A DNA stretch of 63,476 bases, filler included, from Perkinsus olseni (GCA_013115125.1; 51 parts of 51 records of this genome joined end to end with filler, not necessarily neighbours in it), one strand, 5' to 3'; numbered from the whole stretch's first letter, positions 23,358 through 35,632 are shown. A program made the numbers and translations. Notes: generated by a model not told the origin, from the letters alone.

Positions 23358-24124
23358 TGGCTCCCCGTCGTAAGAATATTCGCCAGAAATGCAAAGTTTG
23401 TGCACGCTTCGTAACTAAGAGCGGCAAGTGCACGCATTGTTCGAGGCGTCAAGAAGCTGCAGCGGCCCAACCTGCGGCGGCCCAACCTGCAGCGGCCCAA
23501 CCTGCATCGCGAAGTGACCTCCCGAGGGCGGGAATTCCACCATCACCACCATCGGTAATACCATAGCCACTGATCACAGGGAGATCAGCTGCGAAGCTGT
23601 TTTTTATTCCAGGTCCTTTCACAGGGGCTCGATGCTGCCAGTCCGTCTCCAGTCCTTTCACCCCCGCCATCAAGACCTGCGGCGCAAGCGACAACTTGTA
23701 CTCTTCCCGAAGCTTCTCAACTTTCCTCGGAGCCCAGACAATCGCAATCATCACCGGCACCTCCATCACCATCAGTGGTGGTACGCGTGAGTTCAGAGGA
23801 TGGGTGCGTAGGGCCCACCAGGGTTTCGCAAAATATTAGGGATTCGTGTGAGCAAGTTCACTCCGCGCCACAAGATGCGCGTGACGAAGAAATTAATAGC
23901 AGCGCATGGGGTGAACAAGGCGTTCGGGAACTCACCCCTGATTCGCCGGCTGACGAGATTTTCTGTCGGTGTTGTCTATGCGTTGGAAATAATGTCATCA
24001 ATATTCCGCGTGGGAATGTAGGGGGTAGGCAATTCTCCCAGATTAATCCTAGGAATGATCCTAGCGATGAGTTTCCCGTATGCGCGACATGCTTCAACTA
24101 TATTTTTGTTGATAATCCACAGCC
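23358..24124 (+). CDS. Hypothetical zinc-binding protein, N-terminal part with one likely intron (~23555-23612)
   Basis: MAPRRKNIRQKCKVC...CTHC, (AAQPA)x3, Pro/Ser linker, CRCC...CATC; removing a GT..CAG intron joins the frames. Confidence 0.5.
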
Positions 24125-25512
24125 NNNNNNNNNNNNNNNNNNNNNNNNNNNNNNNNNNNNNNNNNNNNTTAATTAATTAANNNNNNNNNNNNNNNNNNNN
24201 NNNNNNNNNNNNNNNNNNNNNNNNCAAAATGACCACATCGGGTTAGTAATGCATCGATCGCCTGAAGATATCAAGTCCTCTCATCTGGACAGTTTACGAC
24301 GGTTAGAGCACAGCTTCATGACAAGGACAAGACCAGCGGAATTTTAACAACGTGTAGACGAGTATTCGGTTATGAAACTGAGGTGTAGCGGAATCAGTGT
24401 CACCACTATACTGAATCAAGAGCTTTCCTCTAGAGACACCATCAACTTCGGTGGCACGCATATTCAAGGCAGAACTTGGCAGTCGGTGCGAATCAATCCT
24501 CAATCAAGCTTTCAGATGTCCACACTGAACCGTCCGGCCCACACTCGACTGCTCTATCCCTATGCTCCTCATCTGAAAGGTTGTGGGTTAGTTCGGGACA
24601 CCATGAAGATGACGAAGATGACGATGCTGCTGCTGCTGCTGCTCGGTCGGCAGGCCAGGCTTCCAGATATCTGCAGGTAACACTAGACGAGAATATGATT
24701 CACGTGAAGCACCTTGGGGGGTAACCCCACCACGAGCTTACATTCCAAACCGCCGCACGTCGGCTAGTTTGCAAGATGCATTAGGAGTCGCAGCTGCGGG
24801 TGAAGCTCCGCTGGAATTTCGGGAAAAGTTGGTATGGCAGGACGATAGAGAAGCTTCTTCAACCTAAAGCCAGCAAAGATCTACTCCTTCGAGACCGTCG
24901 CAGGACAAAATCTGTCTCAGCACGACCATCCGCTATTCATAGCCCCAACTAGCTGAAAATTCTAATACTGAATGTGATTTTCCACTAGTATCAAACCAAG
25001 GTCCGCTAAGAACAGGGCGAATACACACCTACATCGACGCCAGGGACATCAGCAAAATCAATCCCGACCACAACAACGAATCACAAGAAGTAAAATACGA
25101 GAGTCGTCTTCCATCTCACTAGCTCGCTTGATGAATAACGAAAAAATCTTCAGATTGAAGAACCCTAGGTCGCGTGCTTCGCTTCGACCCCCCGCGGTGA
25201 TGCTCGATACGCTCCCGGCCTGTGTAAGCGTTCGTGTAATGTGTTTAGTAAAGACTGTATCCTGCTAGGCGGAGGCAGTTGATTCTCACAGTTACTAAGT
25301 TATCATAATAAGGCTGTTACTAGCTTCAACGGTATCAGTTGGGGTACACAATCCCTAGGCAACCTGTCGCGTAGCGAAGNNNNNNNNNNNNNNNNNNNNN
25401 NNNNNNNNNNNNNNNNNNNNNNNTTAATTAATTAANNNNNNNNNNNNNNNNNNNNNNNNNNNNNNNNNNNNNNNNNNNNTATTGCACCTGTACTGCCAGG
25501 AGAGCAATAAAA

Positions 25513-26634
25513 CTACTGAGAAATATCGGCTTCGTACTTACGAAGTCTCGAACCGTGGATAATAGCAGACTTATCACGATTACCGTCTGAGCTAATCTCA
25601 TAACATTGTTTGCCGACAGAGCGAATGACAATATAAGGACCCGACGCTTTCGGTCCGAGCTTAGAGCTAGGACGACCATCGAACAGAATAACAGAATCAC
25701 CAGCCTCCAAAGGATTTGAGGCATCAACTGCGGTGACCTTACCCTTGAAGCGCTCAGCCGCTTCCGCGCGTCGGCCCAACCAAATTTCTTCAAAGATAAC
25801 CAGAGCATCATCACGTCTGCGAGATCTAATCTGAGCTTCCTCCATAGCCTCCTGCTTCTTAGGGAATCTCTCCGGAAGCTGCTTCTCAGAGATACTCTCC
25901 AAAGCTCCCAAAATAGGCACAGAAGGATCATAGCCGAAGATGAGCTTGTGAGCATAACTCTGATTAGTTCTTAGTTGTCCCAATGCCGTCAACAACCTCC
26001 ACGATGCAGTCGGAGTGTTATTAAGGGCAGAACGTAAAGTAGATCCTAGTTCTCGATGATGACGTTCCCACCAACCTCCCACCGAAGGCGTATACGATGG
26101 GATACAGCGTAAAGAAGTACCAACGGAAAGACAAAAGGCAGATAGAGCAACGCTTCCCACGAACGATTGCGCATTATCGACCCAAAGCTCCCGCGGAAAT
26201 CGACCAATTGAGAGGAAAATAAGTTCCAACTCACTAACGATGGTCTCGGACTTCCCGTCCGGAATAAGACGATAGAAAGTATAGGAGGAGAGACGATCGA
26301 CCAAAGTCAGAATAAAATGACTCGGCTCTTTCGGCGGCTCTACACCGCGAATTTTAACTCTCCTCTCATCTGGGAGGGCTGTTGGACGCTTCAGGGGACC
26401 GAACAAATCGGCGCCCATCACCTCGAAACACCTCCGGGGCATCTTGCACGCGCCCATGCGAATCTGCACACGTCCCCCATCTCGGGTGAGCTGGCAATTC
26501 AGGCAACCACGAAGTGCCTTTTTCACAGCTTTGTGCAGATGCTTAGCCCAAGCTGCCTGGTAGATAGTCGCCGTCGTAGCCGCGACTCCACCATGACCAC
26601 ATTGTTGGTGAACTGCTAGAGCAAACTCACCAAT
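25513..26634 (-). mobile_element. LTR retrotransposon integrase with C-terminus
   Basis: HQQCGHGG...CLNC; GADLFGP; WVDNAQSF; PSVGGWWER; GDSVIL...GPYIV...IHGSRLRKY. Confidence 0.92.
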
Positions 26635-26734
26635 NNNNNNNNNNNNNNNNNNNNNNNNNNNNNNNNNNNNNNNNNNNNTTAATTAATTAANNNNNNNNNN
26701 NNNNNNNNNNNNNNNNNNNNNNNNNNNNNNNNNN

Positions 26735-27615
26735 CTCGACCGCACCACTTTTTGGACACTATCTCTCTGCCGAGAGCTCTCAAGTGCTCTTCGTAAGGGT
26801 TCCGAGAGTGTCGACACCAACCGTACTACCGTATAATCCCTAAAAAGATCAAGACGGTGCTTTGTTTTCGACAAAGACAAGCTAGCCCGCCCATTTCCTT
26901 CCTCCATGCCCTCGTGACCCGTATTGGTGCACAGGTCCTCGGGGAAGCCCCATTCTTCCAAAAGGGTTCTAAATTTATCTATTATTGCTCTCGGTTTCGT
27001 ACAATCGATGACTGATCTTCTGTGAAAATGGGTGAGAACCACTTTTTGAGTTACTAGAAATGACAGAGGCATCACACCGGAAGCTACATATAGCAATGCT
27101 CGAGGGGTGCTCTTCCGAGCTCTCAACGCCCGCCTCAAAAAGTAAGAACCTACCAAGTCGATTTCTTCTCTTACTGTTTTGTTGGCTATGAGAGGACCCC
27201 ATACCTCATGAGCATAAAGGATGACAGGTAGAAGAACTTTGTTATATATTTCAATGAAGAGTCCAACCGACAACCCTTGCCTCTTGCCTAGCATTGCACC
27301 GCACTTCCGTAAAGCCATATTACCAATTTGCTTTGCAAGCGTTAATCTGCCACTCAAATGTTCGTGAAAGTTTAAACCAGAAGTGAAGGTGAATCCTAGC
27401 TGGCGGAGCACGTTGTTGTAGCCAGGAAGCCCGCTCAAGGCCCTCTTTTGATTTGTCATGAGCGTCATCTTCGAAGGCTCTAGGACGAGATTTATCACTG
27501 CCGATTCACTTCGGACAAATTCTATGATGCGTCTCAAAGCAGATCTCATATCTTCGTCTGTAACTCCATCCCTCCACGATATCAATAGGTACGAGTCATC
27601 CGCATAGCATTTCCA
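26735..27615 (-). mobile_element. Non-LTR (LINE) retrotransposon RT C-terminal half, 5'-truncated
   Basis: CYADDSYL in frame upstream of the called ORF; RQLGFTFTSGLNFHEH; IYNKVLLPVILYAHEVWG; STPRALL..SGVMPL. Confidence 0.88.
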
Positions 27616-27987
27616 TCAATTGCCTTCATCACCGGGCAGCGCTGAGACTACCCAATGGGCACACTCACAGCTGTTGTTACAACGTCATCACAGACTGAGC
27701 TGTTCCTTGGGTTGCACAGTTAGGCTGGTGAGGTTCGCCCGATTGGCGAGATGACAGAATCGCAACAGCCATCAGAGTACTCCCGTAACGCGACCACTCG
27801 GCAATGATCAGGAAAAAGCGCCACCAAGTGACAGCCATATATCATGCACTGGTACATATATCATTCGAAGGACTTTTTCAACGCCCANNNNNNNNNNNNN
27901 NNNNNNNNNNNNNNNNNNNNNNNNNNNNNNNTTAATTAATTAANNNNNNNNNNNNNNNNNNNNNNNNNNNNNNNNNNNNNNNNNNNN

Positions 27988-29034
27988 ACGTCTCAGTGGG
28001 AAAACACTGAGAATTATCCCATTCTTCTTGCTCCGAAGGTTCCTTCTGAGGATTCGACGGCTGCGGAAGAAAGGTGTTGTCGTATGGTTACCCATTCGTT
28101 ATATTTTATGGCCTTGAGGATATTGACTGTCTATAAGGTTCTCTTCTATAGGACTTTATATACTCATTATAAGTCTGTCAAGAACTACGGCATGGTTAAT
28201 CGTTTCGAGGGTCATGTCTTCGATACTATTGCTCAGCAGGCTTGGAAGAGGTATGAGTCTGAGATGTTTCATATTGAAATGGTGGACCGCGAGGACAAGT
28301 GCTTTTATAGGGCTCTAACTCTTGCTGAGACGAAGTTCTGCCGTGTTCGAGATGGTGATGAAGAGGCCTACCCTATGGATGGTTCTGCTATGGCTATCCC
28401 ATGGGAGACTAAGGGTGACCACAATGAGACTCTCCAACAGATTGCTAGAGACCCCAAGAACGGTTATTCTGATGCTGCTACTAAGGCTTCTACTAGGGAG
28501 GTTACTGAGGCTGTTTCTGGTGCTGCTGATGCCGGTGATGCTAAGGCTACAACCCCCCAGGTGGATACCTCTGGTAATAACGGCTCCTCTTCTAAGTGGG
28601 ATAAGAACTGGTATACCACTTCCTCTAAGTGGAGTAAGGGTTGGTATGATAACTCCAATTCTGCTTCTAAGGATTATGGTAGCTGGAATGAGACTCCTAA
28701 CCCTGATGGTAATGTACTACCACAACCTGTATGGGACTCTCCTCCTACTGCTACGCATGATAAGGAAGTGCAAGGTGATTCCAGTTGCTCTAAGTCAGTA
28801 TTTCTTAGTGACGCTATGAAGTCCACTTATGAAGAAGGTTCTGCTAAGGCGAAGTCTTCTGAGAAGGGTAAGAAGAAGAAATCTAAGAGTCTAAGAAGTC
28901 TAAGAAGTCTAAAAAGTCTAAGGATAAGGAGGATGGTTCTTCAAGCTCTTCTGGTTCTTCGAGTAGCAGTGATGATGAATAAGATGATGATTGTAAGGTT
29001 ATTGAGTATTTCTATTTCGGCATCGTACGGTTAA
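27988..29034 (+). CDS. Hypothetical protein, possibly gag-like; low-complexity W/S/K-rich tail
   Basis: Intron-less frame across nearly the whole contig; helical N-half, WDKNWY..KWSKGWY repeats, TCTAAGAAG micro-repeats. Confidence 0.4.
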   Translation, partial: TSQWENTENYPILLAPKVPSEDSTAAEERCCRMVTHSLYFMALRILTVYKVLFYRTLYTHYKSVKNYGMVNRFEGHVFDTIAQQAWKRYESEMFHIEMVDREDKCFYRALTLAETKFCRVRDGDEEAYPMDGSAMAIPWETKGDHNETLQQIARDPKNGYSDAATKASTREVTEAVSGAADAGDAKATTPQVDTSGNNGSSSKWDKNWYTTSSKWSKGWYDNSNSASKDYGSWNETPNPDGNVLPQPVWDSPPTATHDKEVQGDSSCSKSVFLSDAMKSTYEEGSAKAKSSEKGKKKKSKSLRSLRSLKSLRIRRMVLQALLVLRVAVMMNKMMIVRLLSISISASYG

Positions 29035-29330
29035 CACATATTGTCAATATGATATTGTATGTTGTTGACTGTTGCCACGGTATGTATATGGTATTTTTTC
29101 CGTGTTGGATTGAAGTCGCCAATAGTTGAAATTGGGNNNNNNNNNNNNNNNNNNNNNNNNNNNNNNNNNNNNNNNNNNNNTTAATTAATTAANNNNNNNN
29201 NNNNNNNNNNNNNNNNNNNNNNNNNNNNNNNNNNNNAAAGCGGTACGCGAGTGTCACTTGTAAAGTCACTCTGGTTCGACGCGAGAAAAGGAAGTTTCTC
29301 AAGACGCTTGACTCGTGCGGTATCGAGTGG

Positions 29331-29810
29331 TTGAGAGGTGCCAGTCTTATCGCCTACACTGCCGGGCCTAATGGCTATATGGTTGATGTACCGCGAGGGG
29401 ATGTTGTTGACCGTCAACACTTCAAAAAACTCACTATGAAGAACATATGTGATCTGCGCATCCCTCGGTACAGTAACGCCGGTGATGTCGTCGCAGCATT
29501 CGTGAACGACAAGCCCGAGAGGTGGGAAGTACACGTTTCCCTCTGGTCAAGGGTTCTCCTCTCCAAGAAGCGCAAAGCCTATGTGAAATTCTACATGGTC
29601 AAACAGGGACACCTTTGGAGCTTGCCGAATGCATTACGCAGCCCGCACTATGAGGTCATGTTCGACGGATACAACAATGGAGAAGCCTTCTTCTTCAAGC
29701 ATGGCTCTACTCACAGGCCTGGTATATATGCTACCTTCTTGATCATGTTCGACAAGGTTTATCTACTCTTCGACACACCAGATAGGAACAACACCTGGTC
29801 CGATAGGTAA
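29331..29810 (+). CDS. Hypothetical protein exon
   Basis: 159-codon frame with natural composition ending at a GTAAG donor-like site. Confidence 0.45.
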   Translation: MRGASLIAYTAGPNGYMVDVPRGDVVDRQHFKKLTMKNICDLRIPRYSNAGDVVAAFVNDKPERWEVHVSLWSRVLLSKKRKAYVKFYMVKQGHLWSLPNALRSPHYEVMFDGYNNGEAFFFKHGSTHRPGIYATFLIMFDKVYLLFDTPDRNNTWSDR

Positions 29811-30993
29811 GCCGCAGTTGCACATCTACTCTCTCAGCCATTCTCTTCGAATCTCCCAACGAAATCCCGAGGATGATGCGATCGTATGCCGTACTGCGTA
29901 GCTCGTTGGGAAGTTACCATATTTCGAGCAGCACGCCCTGATGATGATGATCAATTTTCAGGGAAGATAGGCGAGCAGCATCGGAGCAGGAATGCCTATG
30001 GGATCCACCACCAAGGTACCGCAAGGTTTCCGATTGGGCGTTTCCATAACTAATGATTCCTGAATGCTGGCCGTTCATCTCAGTTACGAAGATGTAGTCC
30101 GTCGACAGACTATCAACTCTCTCGAACTCTCTCTGTGAGTTCACTCGCGAACGGTGACGAGTATCCTGTGTATGAAGATTTTCTCATGGTCATCACGATT
30201 AACACACACCAGATTCTGGTGACCAGAATTTTCACTTGTGGGGTGGAGAGGACCTCCCTTCCTAAAGAACATGTTTTATGGCGTTGTGGATGTCTTGAAT
30301 ATACGTCATTTGCTTTCGTGTTTGTTACGGCTGCTGCGGGATGACTCTGTGCCTCTATACCAGTGCCCCAGCTACGCTGAGAGNNNNNNNNNNNNNNNNN
30401 NNNNNNNNNNNNNNNNNNNNNNNNNNNTTAATTAATTAANNNNNNNNNNNNNNNNNNNNNNNNNNNNNNNNNNNNNNNNNNNNAATGATATAGACTATTT
30501 GTTATACCATGCTCCGGGTAGGTGAACGTATCCGAGGTTGAAGCGTTGAGTTGCCAGTTGGGATGCGGCACGCCGATGGACCCAACGCGAAGCCTGAGCA
30601 GTGTATCGAATGGCCTCCAATGCGATGGCATGATGCCGCCAAGAGAAGCGACGCAGCGCAGCGAACCGCCGTCTAGTTCGTTCGGCCTGAGCGAGTACTG
30701 TGAACAGCACGATGTTCCTGCCAGGGGTTCGGCATCTATCGCCACGATGTCCCCTCTTCACCAGCTCCCTGGAAGGTACGGCCGGCGAACTTGTTGGGGC
30801 GAAACTCAGAGTTGGTTCAGCTCATACTCCACTGCACGAGATTCCCAATCGCCTTGCTCATCGTAGTCGCAACTTGTGAGTGCTCAGTCGTCTCAGGACC
30901 TGGTCCCGCAGCGTGAGAGTCCTGAAGTTCAGGACCTGAACCACTCCCATCGTGAGATGAAGCTGCGCATGCGTGCAAGACCAGCTAGAGCCG

Positions 30994-31064
30994 CGTGTAT
31001 GTTAGTTTATAGTCCAGCGCCGGATCCGGCTTAAACACTTGCCGATGTGCTCAGTTGGAGACTT
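30994..31064 (+). repeat. Dispersed ~70-105 bp repeat, copy A
   Basis: 60/70 ungapped identity to the reverse complement of 33333-33402; core also at 55760-55824. Confidence 0.85.
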
Positions 31065-31729
31065 GAGACTTAGAGAGACTCAGTTGGAGGGTGAGCCGCA
31101 TTCACACGTTGCTTTGCAGTAGATGCCTTCTGAGCTTTGAGACGCGGACATGCCCCTTCTCCGAGAAGATCATGATGATCTGATCGTCCACAACCACAAC
31201 ATGGTAGCGAGCGCGAATCGAGTGCTGCCTGAGGAACCCTTGGAAGACGGCACACCGTGTGCCAAAAATGGAAAGTGCCCTAAGAAAAACGCTCATTTTA
31301 GGTCTATATGAGTACAGTCGATCCACGAAGTTCCAGAGCCATATTCGCATTCGTTGGCTCACACTTTTGCCGGACAGTTTTACACGTGTTTTCGACATTC
31401 CCGTTCGTTTTGCATAGAGGAAAATGATATAATGAAATTCGTAGCCCCACGTTGTAGACCGCCTACTTTTTTAACACGTAAGTTGATGTCGAGAATGAGT
31501 GGGATCCCGATGGTGTTCTCAGTTCTGCCCGACTCGATTTGACTGACGAACTACATGAAGCCCGCGCAGTGTAGAGTGGTGCAAATACGGAGACGAAGCA
31601 AGCGCTCGCCTGCGGCGCTAGTGCCGACGNNNNNNNNNNNNNNNNNNNNNNNNNNNNNNNNNNNNNNNNNNNNTTAATTAATTAANNNNNNNNNNNNNNN
31701 NNNNNNNNNNNNNNNNNNNNNNNNNNNNN

Positions 31730-31741
31730 ATCATCATCATC

Positions 31742-31802
<61 letters not shown>

Positions 31803-32727
31803 GCACAGTGATGATGATGATGATAGTAATCCTATACGGGATTGTATTAATGCTCAAACTGAAGCATTCCATAACGTGAAAGATGGTAAGATAAATGAAT
31901 TCGTAGAAGGGAAGTTGGGTAGATGGAAAGGCTTGGCATCATGTCCAAGTGGAGGCGTGGAGCAGCTGCCTTACATATCACAACAGGACTTCGATAATAT
32001 TTGTCGGTAATACTCTTAGCATCAACAACAACAACAACTACTACTACAAGAAGAAAACGAAGTCGAAGAAGAATGATGACTAATATTATTGTTGTTATGG
32101 TGGTAATGAGTAGGGTTAGTGATTGTGTTGTTGCTATTTCAGTATACGACGATACATGGTGGATATACTTGAAGGAAACGGTAGTAGGACAGCACAGGGA
32201 GAGGAACAACATGATAGCCAATTGGCAACAGCAGCAGCAGCAGCAGCAGCCACAACAACAAGAACAACAGAGGCGGTTGAAGACGGGAGTAAAGGTAGGA
32301 TAGTGGGAGCCACTGATTATTGTTGTTATTGTGATCATAGTCTTTCCTGCAGCAGCAGCGGCGGTGGCGGCGGCTGGGTCATCATCATTATCCCTCTATC
32401 GTCGTATACCAGAGGGTTTTCCTTTACATCTTGCTATTATAAAGGTGTTTAATGTACGTACACAGTCTTATTGTGATGTAATAACAACAACAGCGGCAGC
32501 AGCGAGTACTATTGTTATTATTATCAGGTTATTGGTTATCACTTAATGAATGATATAATGGAAGGTGTGCGAGCCCGTACTGTTAATTACAGTACTAGTA
32601 ATGGCATATTCGGTATAACCTGGACCCTTAATACACATGATGCATTGCAACGTATAGATCATTTAACAAGTCATAGGTAATATCAACAACGACACTCTTG
32701 GTAATAGTTACTATGCTGCTGCTCACA

Positions 32728-32763
<36 letters not shown>

Positions 32764-32820
32764 CAGTAGCAGCAGCGATAGCAGGACTAGTCTTACCATT
32801 GTTGTTGTTGTTGTTGTTGT
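31730..32820. repeat. Trinucleotide microsatellite-rich contig: (CAA)20 at 31741-31800, (CAG)10 at 32731-32760, plus ATC/TTG runs
   Basis: Direct reading; probably introns or low-complexity exons of an unidentified gene. Confidence 0.9.
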
Positions 32821-33323
32821 ATGGTACCCTGCTGTATAGGTTCGCTCATGATGCCCTTCATAAGCTGGACCTTGNNNNNNNNNNNNNNNNNNNNNNNNNN
32901 NNNNNNNNNNNNNNNNNNTTAATTAATTAANNNNNNNNNNNNNNNNNNNNNNNNNNNNNNNNNNNNNNNNNNNNGAAGGGATATAATGTCCTGCGACTAA
33001 CTTTTTTGGCTGATTGCCTACCATTAATGATCATCTGTTGTGTTGTCAGAGGGAATCTTTCTGCGGGGATTGTTCGGATTAGAAAAGAATGAAGTACTCA
33101 AGTGTAACTAAAGATTCTATAGATTAGTTTTGAGATGCCGGGGAGCGTGTGCAAACCTATGAGTGAATTTGGTCATTCCGCAACGGATTTTGTCAGTGAG
33201 AGTAGTGAGTGAATTTCACGAACCCTCGAATTCTGAAGGCTGAGTTTCAGAAAATTCGGTGAAAAACGGCAAGCGCAGCAGCTCGTCTTTCCTCACTACG
33301 ATGTTACCATTGCGCATATCAAA

Positions 33324-33402
33324 GCTACAGAGAGTCTCTAACTGAGCACATCGGCAAACGTCTAAGCCGGAACTGGCGTTGGATTATAAACTGACACACA
33401 CG
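33324..33402 (-). repeat. Dispersed ~70-105 bp repeat, copy B
   Basis: Reverse complement aligns to 30994-31063 and shares the GAGACT.TCTGTAGC end with copy C. Confidence 0.85.
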
Positions 33403-34218
33403 ATCGCGCAGAGCGAGTCCAAGTGCCATACGATATGGCCCATATCCGTCGGCGGAGACCGTCGCACGCGCGCGATCATCGTATGAAGCTCGAAACTTCC
33501 GAGCCGGAAGCAATGGTAAACAACAAACGGTTCACGTCACGCATACCAATGAAGCTACACGAGGGCTAGTACGCTTGTGGACCGAATGATGGCGTCTCCT
33601 CAACGTGAAGTAGCCACTAGGAATATCAAGGACAGGAACAGTGTGCATCAAATTGTATACGTCGTTGCTTGCTTCGTTTAGACGCATACCGACATACTCT
33701 TTCCTTTTACGGCTCCACGCGAAGATTGAGATACGGTGAATCACCGTCGGTGATGGTTCATGGAAATGCTTCCTCAAGATTCGTCGGAGACTCCCTGAAA
33801 GTCTTTTGAAAATCGTCTGTTTTATTCTGACTTCTGAAAAGAACGAGTTGCGGCGTTCATGGTATGTCACTTGATACAGTATCCGAGAGTAGTATTTCTG
33901 GTCCTTCTCCCATGGCCTTCATAGCCTCATAGTGCTGGACTCGAAAATGGCTGTATTCGGCAATCCCTTGTGCTGAGTTACCATGCTTACCGTAGACATT
34001 ACCGTCACTGGCCTAGCAGTACCGGTATCCCTCGAAAATCTTTTCAACAACACAACCCAGGAGCAATAATGGTAGGCAATCAGCCAAAAAAGTTAGTCGG
34101 AGGACATTATGTCCCTTGNNNNNNNNNNNNNNNNNNNNNNNNNNNNNNNNNNNNNNNNNNNNTTAATTAATTAANNNNNNNNNNNNNNNNNNNNNNNNNN
34201 NNNNNNNNNNNNNNNNNN

Positions 34219-35330
34219 TCTGGTAAGAGTCAAACTTCTTAGGGCACCGGGTCTTCAAGTCGTGGAAGAGGCCGCAGAACCGACAGCGTTGATCCTTGTA
34301 GGAAATGGGGTTACAGCAGGTGTCCGCCTTGTGCGTGCCAGTCTTGTCAAGACATCTTCCGCAGGAAGCTTGGAGAATCTCTTGGTTCTTGGGGTCGTTC
34401 AGGACCTTCTCGTCATCTCGTACCTTCAGCTTGACGGGGTAGGACTTAACAACAGGCTCACTTGAGCGGGGCCTCTGTTGCAGATCACCAGGTGGCCCTC
34501 GATCTCTCTCCTCGGAGTCAGTGGTCTTCTTGGCCGGGTGTGAGACGTCGACGTGGTTGACAGTAACCGCCTTGTCCCAATGTACTCGACACCAGCTCTG
34601 AGCCAGCAGGATCAACCGATCGTAGTTGACAGCGCCGGGAGTCCAGTAGCCTTGCTCGTCCAAGTGAACCTTCAGCTTCGCCGGCATACAGTTGTAGAAG
34701 TGGCTCTTCTTCTCTTGCTCAGTCAGTGACTTGTACCCACGAGTCCTAGCCAGCTCCTTAGCAACCGATTCATGATGGGCGTAGAAGTCAATGAACTTGT
34801 CAGTCTTCTTGAGGTACATGTTGATCCATTGGGTCTCGAGGAAACCACCATCGGAGTCGCCAAATACCGTACTCAAATATCGCCAAAGTTGCTTCAGGCG
34901 ATCAGACCAGTATCGGCTGTTGAGCTTGTGGGGCTGGTGATAGGTCTCAGGCTGTAGGTCGCTGTTGTGCTCGTAGACGTCCAGTAGCTTCTTGATGCTA
35001 TCCGACAGGTTATGTCGGACCGTAAAGTACTTGTGACACTCGCTCTGGTACTCGAAGTCTGGGCTAGTAGTTAACTTGTACCGAAATTCGCTGAGGGCCA
35101 CACTGTCGGGCATGTCCACTGAACCATCCCAATACTTGTCCTTGCCAAGGATCGGGGTAATCCATTCAACATCAGAGATAACCTTCGATATCTTCTGTCG
35201 ATCTTGATGCTCTTGCCAGTCATCCCACTCTTCTTCGCTCCACCTGCTCGACCTTGAGAGGTTGTGACCATCGTCATGATAATAGTCGTTCTCATACCAC
35301 TCAGTGCTTCGGCGTCGTAGGGGAGGCTCA
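34219..35330 (-). mobile_element. Retrotransposon Gag with two zinc knuckles
   Basis: Helical capsid-like region (EQEKKSHFYNCMP), then CGRCLDKTGTHKADTC and CRFCGLFHDLKTRC. Confidence 0.75.
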
Positions 35331-35632
35331 GACCGTTGAGGCTGTAGTGGGCGTTCTTCANNNNNNNNNNNNNNNNNNNNNNNNNNNNNNNNNNNNNNNN
35401 NNNNTTAATTAATTAANNNNNNNNNNNNNNNNNNNNNNNNNNNNNNNNNNNNNNNNNNNNATTCCAAGAAGGACAAGGCCTCCGATGGGAAGTCCTCTGA
35501 TGTAAACAGTAGTGCGTGATTCTCCGTGCATCGCTTCGCCATTTCCTTGCGTCGGCCGATATCCGTCGGTGTCGCGCGGGCCATCACGAATAACTTCCTC
35601 TCTCTGTTCTTGTCACGTTTCTGTCGAAGAGA

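Noticed and set aside
33304..33519. 10-bp inverted repeat TTACCATTGC/GCAATGGTAA around repeat copy B (possible MITE ends)
   Set aside because: Not present around copies A or C and no TSD; compatible with chance.
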